DNA of 64,000 bases from Candidatus Tenderia sp. (GTDB taxonomy: Bacteria; Pseudomonadota; Gammaproteobacteria; Tenderiales; Tenderiaceae): positions 32,001 through 96,000 of the forward strand of contig JANOSY010000091.1 in assembly GCA_031416075.1 (NCBI GenBank). Reading direction: 5' to 3'. This document shows positions 36,444 through 46,848 of this stretch, piece by piece. Each line of letters starts with the position of its first letter. Within the stretch, counting starts at the first letter, position 1. The notes under the pieces were generated by a model. The model was not told the DNA's origin. It saw only the letters and a list, made by a program, of their open reading frames with translations, and searched no databases. The position numbers and the translations under genes are program-made.

Positions 36444-38649
36444 CAGAGCCTCCTTCTGTCCTTCTGAAAACATCGGCAGCTACGGTAGCAACAAGCTTGC
36501 GCCCCATCTGATATTCACTACCACCAAGACGTGCAAGCTTTGCATGTTTACCCGTCTTGCTAATACGAACCTGGGTTGCATACGCTGCAATCTCGCCACT
36601 CTTCTCTTCAATCGCCGGACTAAGCATCTTCAACACGTTCACGCCCACACCTTTGGCGTAACGACCGTATGCTTCGTGCCCCTGTCCCATTGGGATAGCT
36701 ACAACGTCCGGGTGAACACCTTTAAAGATATAAACCTGCACTTCAACCGCGCCCTGAGCCGATTCAACACGAATAAAATCACCCTCTTTCACACCCAGCT
36801 TATCAGCTGTTTTAGGATGAAGCTCTGCCCAGGAATCCCAGAAAACCTTACTGACTTGGTCGGGAGCCTCCTGCAACCACGGTAAGTTAGCGTTACGTCC
36901 ATCCCACATGTTTTGATGAATAGAAGGAACCAGATGCATTGGATAATCTGCCACCGGTTTCTGACTAACCTGAGTTATATCACCCACAACAGCCGTCAAC
37001 GCCGCGCCACTCGCTGAGGCCTTAATAAAGCCGCGCTGCAAGGTGTCCGCCCAAAAAACATCATCACTCTTTCCATCTTTTAATGAGGCTGGCAGCGACT
37101 TTAAAACACCACGCAAATATGCGTAATAATCATCAAAGTCAGCATACCCTTCAACCCCTCGATGCTTCAACATTCCCAACAGAAGATCACCAAAAGCCCG
37201 TGTTTCAGGGTATAGCTGCTTCATTACAGGCTGAGACATGCTAATCGCCCCACCCTTTGGTTGATATGGGGCCACGTGAGTAGCCCATTCCTCATAAGAT
37301 GAAGACAGCGGCAACACCACATCCGCCACCATTGTGGTTTCATCCATAAACATGGAGAACACTACTTTGAACGGAACTTTAGACAATTTTTCGCTTAACG
37401 CCAAATGGTTCGGGGCACTGTAAACAGGATTTGCACCTTGGAAAAAAACGACATCATATTGCCCATCACCGACGGCCTTTGTGAAGTCAAGCAATGCCCG
37501 ACTACTACCCGTGCGGGCACGTAACTCATCGAACATTACCGAATTGGATGCCTCAATCGTTTTCCCAATGTTGCCCAACAATACATTAAGCATCATGATT
37601 GCCATTGCATTTTGATAGCCATTAACATGGCCATGTGCTGATGCACCCGAAAGAACAACACTTGGCGAGCGCTCTTTTAGATAAGCAGCAATACGAGAGA
37701 CTGTCTCACCCGCTACGCCTGTAATCTCCGTTACTTTTTCAGCACTATACTGTGCAATCACATCACGCTGGGCAGCACTCAAAGATGCACCATCCAGCTG
37801 ATGCTTGGTGAGTAATACGTTTGCTATACCAAGAGCCAAGACACCTTCCGTACCAGGACGCGCAGCAACCCACAGATCTGCGTTCATACCTGTCATTGAC
37901 ATTTTTGGTTCAACTTGTATCAAGACACCACGATCGCCACTGCGGAATTCAGCGTACTCTTGAGAAAAGTGCACTGGCGATAACCAAGTTCCCAGAAAGT
38001 CCGCACCAAACGACAAAACGGCCTTAGCTTTTGCAATGTGGTAACTTGGCATTGCATCCCCTAACACCTCTTTGTTCACCGCCTCACCCACAGCATTATT
38101 AATGGCCTCGTAGGTAAAGTGATCACCACCCCACGCTGTTTTAAGCTCAGCAAGCAACACAGATTGATGGCCACTCACGGTACCCGTAAACCACGCACTT
38201 CGACCCGGAGCAACATTGGATGCTTTTTCCTGCATCAACTTCCAGACTTCATCCCAACTAACGGGAACAAGATCGCCTCCCTGGCGCACCATAGGCTGGG
38301 TAATACGATCAGGGTTATAGTGTGTTTGCACACTCGCCTGCCCCATCTGACACAGACCCACACCATTTATTGGTGAGTCTGGGTTCCCTTCCACTTTAAG
38401 CAGGCGTCCTTCACGTACACGCCCATGTACACCGCACGCAGATGGACACTGTTGACAGGTTGAGGCATACCACACCCCAATTCCAGGAATCACATACTCT
38501 TCAGGCGCAAGGTAGGAGACAACGGTCTCTTTTCCTTCCTCTAGAGTAACGGTAGTTGGCATGTCGCAACCACTTAGAGCTGCCGCACTTACACCACCCA
38601 GACCCATGTACTTCAGGAAGTCCCTGCGGTTGATATCGTTACCACTCAT
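36433..38649 (-). CDS. Alternative complex III molybdopterin-oxidoreductase-like subunit ActB1 (Tat lipoprotein)
   Basis: NRRDFLK twin-arginine plus LSGC lipobox; CQQCPSACG..REGR..KVEGNP..LC; ANLPWLQEAPD. Confidence 0.88.
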   Translation of the reverse strand: MSGNDINRRDFLKYMGLGGVSAAALSGCDMPTTVTLEEGKETVVSYLAPEEYVIPGIGVWYASTCQQCPSACGVHGRVREGRLLKVEGNPDSPINGVGLCQMGQASVQTHYNPDRITQPMVRQGGDLVPVSWDEVWKLMQEKASNVAPGRSAWFTGTVSGHQSVLLAELKTAWGGDHFTYEAINNAVGEAVNKEVLGDAMPSYHIAKAKAVLSFGADFLGTWLSPVHFSQEYAEFRSGDRGVLIQVEPKMSMTGMNADLWVAARPGTEGVLALGIANVLLTKHQLDGASLSAAQRDVIAQYSAEKVTEITGVAGETVSRIAAYLKERSPSVVLSGASAHGHVNGYQNAMAIMMLNVLLGNIGKTIEASNSVMFDELRARTGSSRALLDFTKAVGDGQYDVVFFQGANPVYSAPNHLALSEKLSKVPFKVVFSMFMDETTMVADVVLPLSSSYEEWATHVAPYQPKGGAISMSQPVMKQLYPETRAFGDLLLGMLKHRGVEGYADFDDYYAYLRGVLKSLPASLKDGKSDDVFWADTLQRGFIKASASGAALTAVVGDITQVSQKPVADYPMHLVPSIHQNMWDGRNANLPWLQEAPDQVSKVFWDSWAELHPKTADKLGVKEGDFIRVESAQGAVEVQVYIFKGVHPDVVAIPMGQGHEAYGRYAKGVGVNVLKMLSPAIEEKSGEIAAYATQVRISKTGKHAKLARLGGSEYQMGRKLVATVAADVFRRTEGGSDVA

Positions 38650-38712
38650 AACAATTCATCCGTTCTTTAGTTAATCGTGCTGGCCAGACCCGAAGATCCT
38701 AGACCCACCCAG

Positions 38713-39348
38713 TTACTTATGACACTTCCAGCAATCGGAAGGGCCGCCATTAGCCTCGTGACAACGCACGCAGAACCCCATGTTCAATGGTTTGACTTTT
38801 TGCGCCACTGTCATTTTCTTTACATCTCCATGACAGAAGGCACACACTTCAGAAACATTCTCAACTTTCATGCCTTCATTTTTAAAGACAAACCGCTGCA
38901 AATGTTTTTCATGCGTAAAATGAACATAATCAGGTACGTCATGAACCTTATTCCACTGTGGTGGTTCATTTTTCTCCCAATACTCAGTCAACTGCTTGAT
39001 ACGGGGCTTATCTGTCGCTATCACCGAATGACACCCCATACATTTACTGGTAGGCGGTATCCCGGCAACCTTACTACGCCGTGCATATGTGTGACAATAC
39101 ATGCAATTAATGCCATTTACATCCGCATGAACATCGTGTGGAAACTCAATGGGCTGCGGCACATGCTTGCCATTATGAGTGCCTACAGGAGGCACCGCAT
39201 TAGGCACTTCAGCAGACGCGCTGGCCACAAAAAACAGCCCGCTCAGCCCTAACAACGCGGCGCTCAATGATATCAAGCCGCGACCGAGGCGTGATCGCTT
39301 CATACCAGACCCACCCTGCTTAGAGTTAACGTTATCACTCACAAACAT
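38713..39348 (-). CDS. actA: Alternative complex III pentaheme cytochrome ActA
   Basis: PQPIEFPHDVH; CMYCH, CMGCH, CAFCH, CVRCH, CWKCH; GAGG SD before ATG 39348. Confidence 0.9.
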   Translation of the reverse strand: MFVSDNVNSKQGGSGMKRSRLGRGLISLSAALLGLSGLFFVASASAEVPNAVPPVGTHNGKHVPQPIEFPHDVHADVNGINCMYCHTYARRSKVAGIPPTSKCMGCHSVIATDKPRIKQLTEYWEKNEPPQWNKVHDVPDYVHFTHEKHLQRFVFKNEGMKVENVSEVCAFCHGDVKKMTVAQKVKPLNMGFCVRCHEANGGPSDCWKCHK

Positions 39349-39805
39349 CTCAATCCTCGATCTGTTTAATAGATCCCAAAAGGTATCATTGTAAATATTA
39401 AGAACCATACCCCAGAGCTGAAAATTTAGAATGCGCCAACGTACAGAGAGCGCACGCCATTCATGCTTTGATTTACTGGTACAGATGAACCCCAATTTTA
39501 ATGAACCGGATACACTAAGACCAAACCACAATAGCCCTGCATCCCGCCCTAATACTGCCACCCTGTTTTAATACGGGGTTTTTGTTTTTCCGGGGGTTTT
39601 CCCCGCTTTCCTGCTACTCGACCTAGCCTTTCTATTTATTAGCCCCAACCATTGATCGGGTTTAACTGGTCGTTATTGTTAAGCAATTCCGCATCCTAGA
39701 CCAGTTTTAAGTCGAATGTCAACGCCCAATACTCAACAAATAAAAGATATCAGAACATTCCATTAATTTTGCTGCTGCGATGCTGGATATTCCTACCTTC
39801 TTTTT

Positions 39806-40564
39806 CTAAACAGGGTTATCCACATCGATAAATATATGCTCCAAACCAAATTGATGCGCCAACTGCCCTCCCAGGGCCTGAATGCCATAACGTTCCGTTG
39901 CATGATGCCCCGCAGCAAAGTAATGGATCCCACTCTCACGCGCAAAGTGAGTGGTATGCTCCGACACTTCTCCACTTATAAACGCCTGCACCCCCAGCCG
40001 ACTTGCCGCTTCAATGTACCCTTGTGCAGCGCCAGTACACCACCCTACGCGGTTGATCTCATCACTGCCCGCACCAATATGCAGCGGATCACGGCCAAGG
40101 ACACGACACAAATGCGCTTTAAAACCCTGCGCAGATAACGGCTTCAACAATCTGCCATACATTGCCAGACCATCCTCCTCATCACGCCCAAATCGTCCCT
40201 CCACCACCAAGCCCAATATCCGCGCCAACTCTGCATTATTGCCCAAGGTCGCATGTGCGTCCAAGGGTAAGTGATATGCAATTAAACTGATGTTATTTTC
40301 TATCAACGCGCCCAAACGCCGCCGCTTCAATCCAGTCACAACGGGATTCTCACCTTTCCAAAAAAACCCGTGGTGCACCAAAATTGCATCTGCATTTACG
40401 TTAATCGCTGCATCAATTAACGCCTGACAAGCTGTTACTCCCGTTACCAGCCTTGTAATCTCAGCACACCCCTCCACTTGCAAACCATTGGGGGCATAAT
40501 CATGAAACTTTGCCACTGCCAACAGCTCATCACAATAGCTAACCAGCTTATCCAATCGCACCAT
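39806..40564 (-). CDS. Nif3-like (YbgI) dinuclear metal protein
   Basis: DYAPNGLQVEG; LVHHGFFW; YHLPLDAH; AGHHATE. Confidence 0.93.
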   Translation of the reverse strand: MVRLDKLVSYCDELLAVAKFHDYAPNGLQVEGCAEITRLVTGVTACQALIDAAINVNADAILVHHGFFWKGENPVVTGLKRRRLGALIENNISLIAYHLPLDAHATLGNNAELARILGLVVEGRFGRDEEDGLAMYGRLLKPLSAQGFKAHLCRVLGRDPLHIGAGSDEINRVGWCTGAAQGYIEAASRLGVQAFISGEVSEHTTHFARESGIHYFAAGHHATERYGIQALGGQLAHQFGLEHIFIDVDNPV

Positions 40565-40631
40565 GCAGACATCCTACAGTTACGTTAATATCAATATCTC
40601 AATAAAGTTCATCACAGAGAGTACCGAAACA

Positions 40632-41795
40632 ATGCGTTTACGCAAACTTTTCTCTTTTGCTGCTGAAGCAATCACCGCTGGCCTTGCCTTTGCTTTTGTA
40701 CTGATTTTGCTATTCCGACCCGATTTTTTTGACGGACGTCCTGTAGTAGCCTTTTTGGAAGCGGACACCCCCACCCCCATCAGCAACGAAAGCTCTGCCA
40801 TAAGCTATGCTCCTGCCGTCGAAAAGGCCGCGCCAGCAGTGGTAAACATCTACACACGGAAAGTAGTTCAGGACCAGAGGCCACCATTCGCCATCGATGA
40901 CCCGCTTCTACAGCGCTTCTTTGGCGATCAAATTCCGCAGCAACCCCAGCACCAGGAGAATAGCCTCGGATCTGGCGTTATCGTCAACGCACAGGGGTAC
41001 ATCCTGACCAATAATCATGTTATCCAGGGAGCTGATGAAATTGAAGTGGCGCTTCATGATGGGCGCAGCGCCGCCGCCACTGTTGTTGGAACAGATCCTG
41101 AGAGCGATCTTGCCGTACTCAAAATCGAGCTGGCAGAGATCCCCAGCATTATTTTTGGTCAATCAGAAAAACTTCAGGTGGGCGATGTGGTTCTGGCCAT
41201 CGGCAATCCGTTTGGCGTAGGCCAAACAGTCACCAGCGGCATTGTGAGCGCCACCGGTCGTTCGCGGCTGGGGCTCAGCACCTTCGAAAACTTCATTCAG
41301 ACAGATGCTGCCATTAATCCTGGCAATTCCGGCGGCGCGCTGATTAACGCATACGGCCAGCTGGTCGGCATTAACACCGCTATCTTTTCGCGCACAGGCG
41401 GTTCACAAGGAATTGGCTTTGCAATCCCCGTCAGCCTCGCCAAAGGTGTCATGAAGGAGATTATCGAATATGGCCGCGCCCTGCGCGGCTGGTTAGGCGT
41501 TGAAGTGCAAGATCTCAATCCGGCGCTGGCAGAATCCTTTGGTATCGCCAACGTTAGCGGGGCCTTGGTCGCAGGCGTGCAGGTTGGTGGTCCGGGTGAT
41601 AACGCTGGATTACGTCCCGGCGATGTGATTACGGAGGTGAATAGCAATGCCATTAATGGAAACCACGCCCTGATGAATATTGTTACCAGCAATGCGCCGG
41701 GCACAAAACTTCAGCTAAAGGTTTTACGCGAGGGGCGCACAAACAGCATTGAAGCCGTCATTGGCGAACGTCCACAACCACAAACCGAGCAGTAA
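40632..41795 (+). CDS. degS: DegS/HtrA serine protease with one PDZ domain
   Basis: N-terminal TM; TNNHV; DLAVL; QTDAAINPGNSGG. Confidence 0.88.
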   Translation: MRLRKLFSFAAEAITAGLAFAFVLILLFRPDFFDGRPVVAFLEADTPTPISNESSAISYAPAVEKAAPAVVNIYTRKVVQDQRPPFAIDDPLLQRFFGDQIPQQPQHQENSLGSGVIVNAQGYILTNNHVIQGADEIEVALHDGRSAAATVVGTDPESDLAVLKIELAEIPSIIFGQSEKLQVGDVVLAIGNPFGVGQTVTSGIVSATGRSRLGLSTFENFIQTDAAINPGNSGGALINAYGQLVGINTAIFSRTGGSQGIGFAIPVSLAKGVMKEIIEYGRALRGWLGVEVQDLNPALAESFGIANVSGALVAGVQVGGPGDNAGLRPGDVITEVNSNAINGNHALMNIVTSNAPGTKLQLKVLREGRTNSIEAVIGERPQPQTEQ

Positions 41796-41800
41796 TCAAG

Positions 41801-42604
41801 CTACCGCTCTGTCTGATCCGACGCCATCGCCTCCTCAGCCTCACGTGCCTGCTGCTGCCTGACCACAAAACGCGACAGCAACAGACCAACCTCAAACAGA
41901 ACACAGATAGGCAGCGCTAGAAAGGTTTGCGAAAAGACATCCGGAGGGGTCAACAGCATGGCCACCACAAAGGCCCCGACAATGATATAGCGGCGCTTTT
42001 GTGCCAAGACCTCCGGCGTCACAACACCTACCCACACCAATACAATCGTGACAATGGGGACCTGAAATGCCACTCCAAAGGCGAAAAACATCGACAACAC
42101 AAAATCGAGATAACTGCTGATATCAGTCATCACCGCCACACCCTGCGGTGCAATTTTGACAAAGAACCCAAAGACCATCGGGAAGAAGACAAAATAGGCA
42201 AACAATACACCGCTGTAAAACAGCAGCACACTGCCAAACAACAGAGGGAAAATCATGCGCCGCTCATGTTTATAAAGCCCCGGCGCTATAAACCCCCAAA
42301 AGTGGTACAAAATGATGGGCATTCCCAAAAATGCAGCCAGTACCATGGCAAACCTGAGTGGCGCAAGAAATGGAGACGTCACCGATGTGGCAATCATGTT
42401 GGTGCCTGCCGGCATGTTAGCCATTAACGGCTCAGCCAGCAGGTTGTAGAGGTCATTGGAATAGAATGCCAGTGGCAGAAAAATGATCAGCACTGATACA
42501 AGCATCTTGATCAGCCGATTACGCAGCTCAACCAGATGCCCCACCAGCCCCTGCTCATGCAGCGGGGTCTTGTTGGCTCGACTATTCAACCTTTGGCTGA
42601 TCAA
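41801..42604 (-). CDS. tatC: Twin-arginine translocase TatC
   Basis: HLVELRNRL; FIAPGLYKHE; LTPPD; start uncertain (ORF extends to 42667). Confidence 0.95.
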   Translation of the reverse strand: MISQRLNSRANKTPLHEQGLVGHLVELRNRLIKMLVSVLIIFLPLAFYSNDLYNLLAEPLMANMPAGTNMIATSVTSPFLAPLRFAMVLAAFLGMPIILYHFWGFIAPGLYKHERRMIFPLLFGSVLLFYSGVLFAYFVFFPMVFGFFVKIAPQGVAVMTDISSYLDFVLSMFFAFGVAFQVPIVTIVLVWVGVVTPEVLAQKRRYIIVGAFVVAMLLTPPDVFSQTFLALPICVLFEVGLLLSRFVVRQQQAREAEEAMASDQTER

Positions 42605-42953
42605 CGAACGGCTTTTCCGGCCTTTGATCGGGGTGCGTTCCTGTGGTGATTCCATCCGCCTGCTCAACCTTGCTCACGTCAGCCAAAGAGCTCTGTTCCA
42701 GCGTCTGGGCAACGTTATTTTTTAAAACCCGATGAAGCTCTGCGATCTCGGACTCTTTCTCCATTAATCGCTTCAGCTCGTTAGCCTTATCAATCTCATA
42801 ATTGAGATCTGACTTCATGGCATTCAGAAAGCCTTTCGCCTTACCAATGCCACGTCCTGCACTCTGGACCAGCCCCGGCAGATCTTTGGGCCCCACCACA
42901 AGCAGGGCTACAATACCAACCAGCACCAACTCCCAGAAGCCGATATCAAACAT
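42582..42953 (-). CDS. tatB: TatB
   Basis: MFDIGFWELVLVGIVALLVVGPKDLP. Confidence 0.95.
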   Translation of the reverse strand: MFDIGFWELVLVGIVALLVVGPKDLPGLVQSAGRGIGKAKGFLNAMKSDLNYEIDKANELKRLMEKESEIAELHRVLKNNVAQTLEQSSLADVSKVEQADGITTGTHPDQRPEKPFVDQPKVE

Positions 42954-42971
42954 GGCTGCTCCGTAAAATCA

Positions 42972-43241
42972 CTAAACTTTCTGTTCGCTCTTACTACTGG
43001 TTGATTCACTGTCAATCACACGGGCACCATCTTTATCCTCGTATAACTGTCCCTTAGACTGCTCTGTCGCGCTTCTTTCAGCGCTGGCCTCGGTCTCACC
43101 ATCACGAATCGAACTGCGAAACCCCTTAATTGCACTCCCCAGGTCACCGCCAAGGCTGCGTAATTTTTTGCCGCCAAACAGCAGCAATACAAGTACCAAT
43201 ACAATCAGCAACTGCCAAACACTTATTCCGCCCATGCCCAT
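42972..43241 (-). CDS. tatA: TatA
   Basis: [35 protein letters not shown]. Confidence 0.95.
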   Translation of the reverse strand: MGMGGISVWQLLIVLVLVLLLFGGKKLRSLGGDLGSAIKGFRSSIRDGETEASAERSATEQSKGQLYEDKDGARVIDSESTSSKSEQKV

Positions 43242-43265
43242 AATCGCTCTCCAAATTAACCCTGC

Positions 43266-43613
43266 TTACTTAATATCGCTCCGCGCCGCTTTCTCTTCCA
43301 GACCCGAAAGACCAAAACGGCGCGCCAATTCATCCAGCACATCATCGGGGCCGAGCCCCTGATGGGCCAACAGAACCAATGTGTGAAACCAGAGGTCTGC
43401 CACCTCGTAAACTAACTGTGTTTTATCGTCGCCTTTGGCGGCAATCACCGTCTCCGTCGCCTCTTCACCCACCTTTTTAAGAATGGTGTCCAACCCTTTG
43501 GCATACAGCGATGCAACATAGGAGGAGTCTGCAGCAGCACCCTTGCGCGCCTCAAGCACCTCCGCCAATTGAACCAAAACATCATTCCGGGCCACTACTC
43601 TACTCCTTGCCAC
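43266..43613 (-). CDS. hisE: Phosphoribosyl-ATP pyrophosphatase
   Basis: SYVASL; KKVGEEATE; EVADLWFH. Confidence 0.95.
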   Translation of the reverse strand: MARSRVVARNDVLVQLAEVLEARKGAAADSSYVASLYAKGLDTILKKVGEEATETVIAAKGDDKTQLVYEVADLWFHTLVLLAHQGLGPDDVLDELARRFGLSGLEEKAARSDIK

Positions 43614-44001
43614 GGTGGGTGTATATCACGGCGGGATCCATTACGACACTCTCCGCCTCCTGCCACTGCCCTTGCACAAAACGGCGGTAAAAACAGCTGC
43701 GTCGCCCAGTATGGCAGGCGATGCCACCCAGCTGCTCAATCTCCAGAAGGATTACATCCTCATCACAATCCAGATAGATCTCTTTCACAATCTGCTCATG
43801 GCCAGACTCTTCCCCTTTGCGCCAGAGTTTTTGCCGGGAGCGCGACCAATAGACCGCCTTGCCACTCGCAACTGTCTCAGTCAATGAGTCTCGGTTCATC
43901 CAAGCGAACATCAGCACCTTCCCTGTGCCCGTCTCTTGGGCAATCACAGGCACCAAGCCATCACCCGTCCATTTAATCTCATCGAGCCAGGCCACCGCCA
44001 T
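43600..44001 (-). CDS. hisI: Phosphoribosyl-AMP cyclohydrolase
   Basis: [15 protein letters not shown]; DCDED; [10 protein letters not shown]. Confidence 0.96.
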   Translation of the reverse strand: MAVAWLDEIKWTGDGLVPVIAQETGTGKVLMFAWMNRDSLTETVASGKAVYWSRSRQKLWRKGEESGHEQIVKEIYLDCDEDVILLEIEQLGGIACHTGRRSCFYRRFVQGQWQEAESVVMDPAVIYTHRGKE

Positions 44002-44762
44002 TACAGACGCACCTCAATATTATGCTGTGCCATGTACTGCTTGGCCTGAGCCACCGTGTATTCACCAAAGTGGAAGATACTCGCCGCCAGCACTGCGTCA
44101 GCCCTGCCCTCAACCACGCCATCTACCAGATGTTGAAGATTCCCCACTCCCCCGGAGGCGATGACTGGCACGGCCACGGCGTCACTCACCGTACGGACCA
44201 GCGCCAAGTCAAAACCATCTTTGGTACCGTCACGATCCATGCTGGTCAGCAACAGCTCTCCAGCACCGTAACTGACCATTTTGCAGGCCCACTCTACCGC
44301 ATCGATACCCGTCGCCTTGCGACCGCCGTGGGTAAAAATCTCCCAACGCCCGGGGGATACCTGCTTGGCATCCATGGCAACAACAATGCATTGGGAACCA
44401 AAGGCGTCAGCCGCCTCTTGCACAAACTCAGGGCGAAAAACGGCGGCCGTATTAATCCCGACCTTATCGGCCCCCGCATTTAGCATGCGGCGAATATCGG
44501 CCTTCTCGCGAATGCCCCCCCCCACAGTCAACGGGATAAAGACCTCTGAGGCGACCTGCTCCACTACGTGGACCATTGTCTCGCGCTCCTGATGCGAGGC
44601 GGTGATATCAAGAAAGACCAGCTCATCCGCCCCGGCTTGATTGTAACGGCGGGCAATCTCAACCGGATCGCCTGCATCACGGATTCCAACAAACTGCACC
44701 CCTTTAACAACACGTCCGGCATCCACATCAAGACAGGGGATAATTCGTTTGGAGAGTGGCAT
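44001..44762 (-). CDS. hisF: Imidazole glycerol phosphate synthase cyclase subunit
   Basis: KRIIPCLDV; FLDITAS; LTSMDRDGT. Confidence 0.97.
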   Translation of the reverse strand: MPLSKRIIPCLDVDAGRVVKGVQFVGIRDAGDPVEIARRYNQAGADELVFLDITASHQERETMVHVVEQVASEVFIPLTVGGGIREKADIRRMLNAGADKVGINTAAVFRPEFVQEAADAFGSQCIVVAMDAKQVSPGRWEIFTHGGRKATGIDAVEWACKMVSYGAGELLLTSMDRDGTKDGFDLALVRTVSDAVAVPVIASGGVGNLQHLVDGVVEGRADAVLAASIFHFGEYTVAQAKQYMAQHNIEVRL

Positions 44763-45493
44763 CAGGCGTCGCCCACCAAGGCGTTGGCTTCGGCCAGATC
44801 AATGGTCCCTTCATAAAGGGCGCGCCCCAGTATCGCCCCCATAATGCCTTCGCTCTGCACCGCCTTCAGCGCATGCAGATCATCGAGATTGGTCACACCA
44901 CCCGAGGCAATCACCGGAATGCTGATGGCCTGGGCCAGCCGAAGTGTCGCCTCGACATTAACCCCCTGCATCATGCCGTCACGGCTGATGTCGGTGTAAA
45001 TAATCGCCTCGACACCATCACGTTCAAAATGCTGCGCCATATCAATCACATCGTGATGGGAGAGTTTGGACCAGCCATCAATCGCCACCTTGCCATCTTT
45101 GGCATCGAGACCAACAATAATGTGGCCAGGGAATTCAGTGCAGACATCACCCACAAAATGAGGGGCATTCACCGCCTTGGTGCCGATGATGACAAACTGC
45201 ACCCCTGCAGCAAGGTAGGCCTCGATCGTCTCTTCGTCACGAATACCGCCGCCGACCTGAATCGGCAGATCAGGAAAGGCCGCCGCAATCTCGCGAATCA
45301 CGGCGGCATTCACCGGCTTGCCGGCAAAAGCGCCGTCCAGATCCACCAGATGCAGGCGCTTTGCACCCGCCTCAACCCAGCGGCCAGCGACCGCCACGGG
45401 GTCATCGGAAAAGACCGTATCATCCTCCATACGGCCCTGACGTAAACGAACGCACTTGCCACCCTTAAGGTCAATTGCGGGTATCAACAACAT
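44762..45493 (-). CDS. hisA: ProFAR isomerase
   Basis: [17 protein letters not shown]; HLVDLDGA; YTDISRDG. Confidence 0.97.
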   Translation of the reverse strand: MLLIPAIDLKGGKCVRLRQGRMEDDTVFSDDPVAVAGRWVEAGAKRLHLVDLDGAFAGKPVNAAVIREIAAAFPDLPIQVGGGIRDEETIEAYLAAGVQFVIIGTKAVNAPHFVGDVCTEFPGHIIVGLDAKDGKVAIDGWSKLSHHDVIDMAQHFERDGVEAIIYTDISRDGMMQGVNVEATLRLAQAISIPVIASGGVTNLDDLHALKAVQSEGIMGAILGRALYEGTIDLAEANALVGDA

Positions 45494-45528
45494 TGTCGGT
45501 TTCCTTGCAGAGTTTTATCGAAATAAAC

Positions 45529-46179
45529 TTAATTACCATCCCACATCAGAAAGTTGCGGTAAAGACGCAGCCCCGCCTCAGCACTCTTCTCTGGATGAAA
45601 CTGTGTCGCAAACACATTGCCACGGCTCACCGCCGAGCAGAACCGCTGTCCATATTCAGTGGTCGCGGCGCACACACCCGTCGCCAAGCCGTCAGGTAAA
45701 AAATAGCTGTGCACAAAATAGAACGCACTATCCTGCTTGATCTCATGCCACAACGGGTGCGTCGGATCAGTTTGGTGAACCTGGTTCCACCCCATGTGCG
45801 GCACCTTTAAATGGTCAGTCGGCGGAGTGCGGATGAACGCATCACCAAAAAAATCGAGCCGACCGGGCAGCAAACCCATACAGTCCACCCCGCCATTCTC
45901 AGCGCTATGTTCAAGCAGCGCCTGCATACCCACACAGACCGCCAACAGGGGTTTCTTCCGGGAGACCTCTTGCACCACCTCCGGCATTCCCAGACGTTGC
46001 AACTCAGCCATGCAGTCACGAATGGCACCCACGCCCGGCAATACCACCCGGTCAGCGGCCAAAATAACCTCGGGGTCGCTACTCACCACCACACGGGTGT
46101 CGATGGCAACATGCTCCAGCGCCTTGGCAACCGAGTGCAGGTTGCCCATACCATAATCAATCACTGCCACTGTTTTCAT
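45529..46179 (-). CDS. hisH: Imidazole glycerol phosphate synthase amidotransferase
   Basis: DYGMGNL; PGVGA; VPHMGWN; YFVHSY; QFHPEKS. Confidence 0.96.
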   Translation of the reverse strand: MKTVAVIDYGMGNLHSVAKALEHVAIDTRVVVSSDPEVILAADRVVLPGVGAIRDCMAELQRLGMPEVVQEVSRKKPLLAVCVGMQALLEHSAENGGVDCMGLLPGRLDFFGDAFIRTPPTDHLKVPHMGWNQVHQTDPTHPLWHEIKQDSAFYFVHSYFLPDGLATGVCAATTEYGQRFCSAVSRGNVFATQFHPEKSAEAGLRLYRNFLMWDGN

Positions 46180-46216
46180 CAAAAAATTCCGTAACCCAGA
46201 TCGACCTCAGCCGTAA

Positions 46217-46810
46217 TTAGAGCGCACCCTTGGTCGAAGGGATAACCCCCTGCATACGCGGGTCAAGCTCCAGCGCAATACGCAAGGCGCGGCCAAAGGC
46301 CTTAAAGATGGTCTCAGCTACATGGTGGGCGTTGCGGCCACGCAACGAATCAATATGGAGCGATACATGAGCGTGATTCACAAAACCCTGGAAAAACTCG
46401 CGCAGCAGATCTACATCAAAATCCCCAATGCGGGCACGGGGATAGTCAACGTGATACTCCAGCCCAGGACGGCCAGAAAAATCCATCACCACACGTGACA
46501 ACGCCTCGTCCAGTGGCACATAGGCGTGGCCATAACGACGAATCCCTTTTTTATCGGCCAACGCCTGACTCATCGCCTGCCCTAGGGCAATGCCGATATC
46601 CTCCACTGTATGGTGGGCATCAATCTGCAGATCACCTTTGGCTTTAACATCGATATCAATCACCCCATGACGGGCAATTTGATCCAACATATGGTCAAGA
46701 AAAGGGACGCCCGTCTCAAAACAGCCCGTACCGCTGCCATCAAGATTGATACTGACCTCTATCTGGGTCTCAAGGGTGTCACGTTTTACGGTGGCTTTAC
46801 GCTCAACCAT
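46217..46810 (-). CDS. hisB: Imidazoleglycerol-phosphate dehydratase
   Basis: IDAHHTVED; [17 protein letters not shown]; PSTKG. Confidence 0.97.
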   Translation of the reverse strand: MVERKATVKRDTLETQIEVSINLDGSGTGCFETGVPFLDHMLDQIARHGVIDIDVKAKGDLQIDAHHTVEDIGIALGQAMSQALADKKGIRRYGHAYVPLDEALSRVVMDFSGRPGLEYHVDYPRARIGDFDVDLLREFFQGFVNHAHVSLHIDSLRGRNAHHVAETIFKAFGRALRIALELDPRMQGVIPSTKGAL

Positions 46811-46848
46811 TTAATCTCTCCATCACCAACTTACGATGCCCAATACAA

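Noticed and set aside
36433-38649. ActB1 as a catalytic molybdoenzyme (polysulfide, nitrate or formate reductase)
   Set aside because: The full actA/C/D/E/F context indicates ACIII, whose B subunit is generally non-catalytic.
39652-39665. FNR-like box TTGAT-N4-TTTAA upstream of actA
   Set aside because: Second half-site has two mismatches; too weak.
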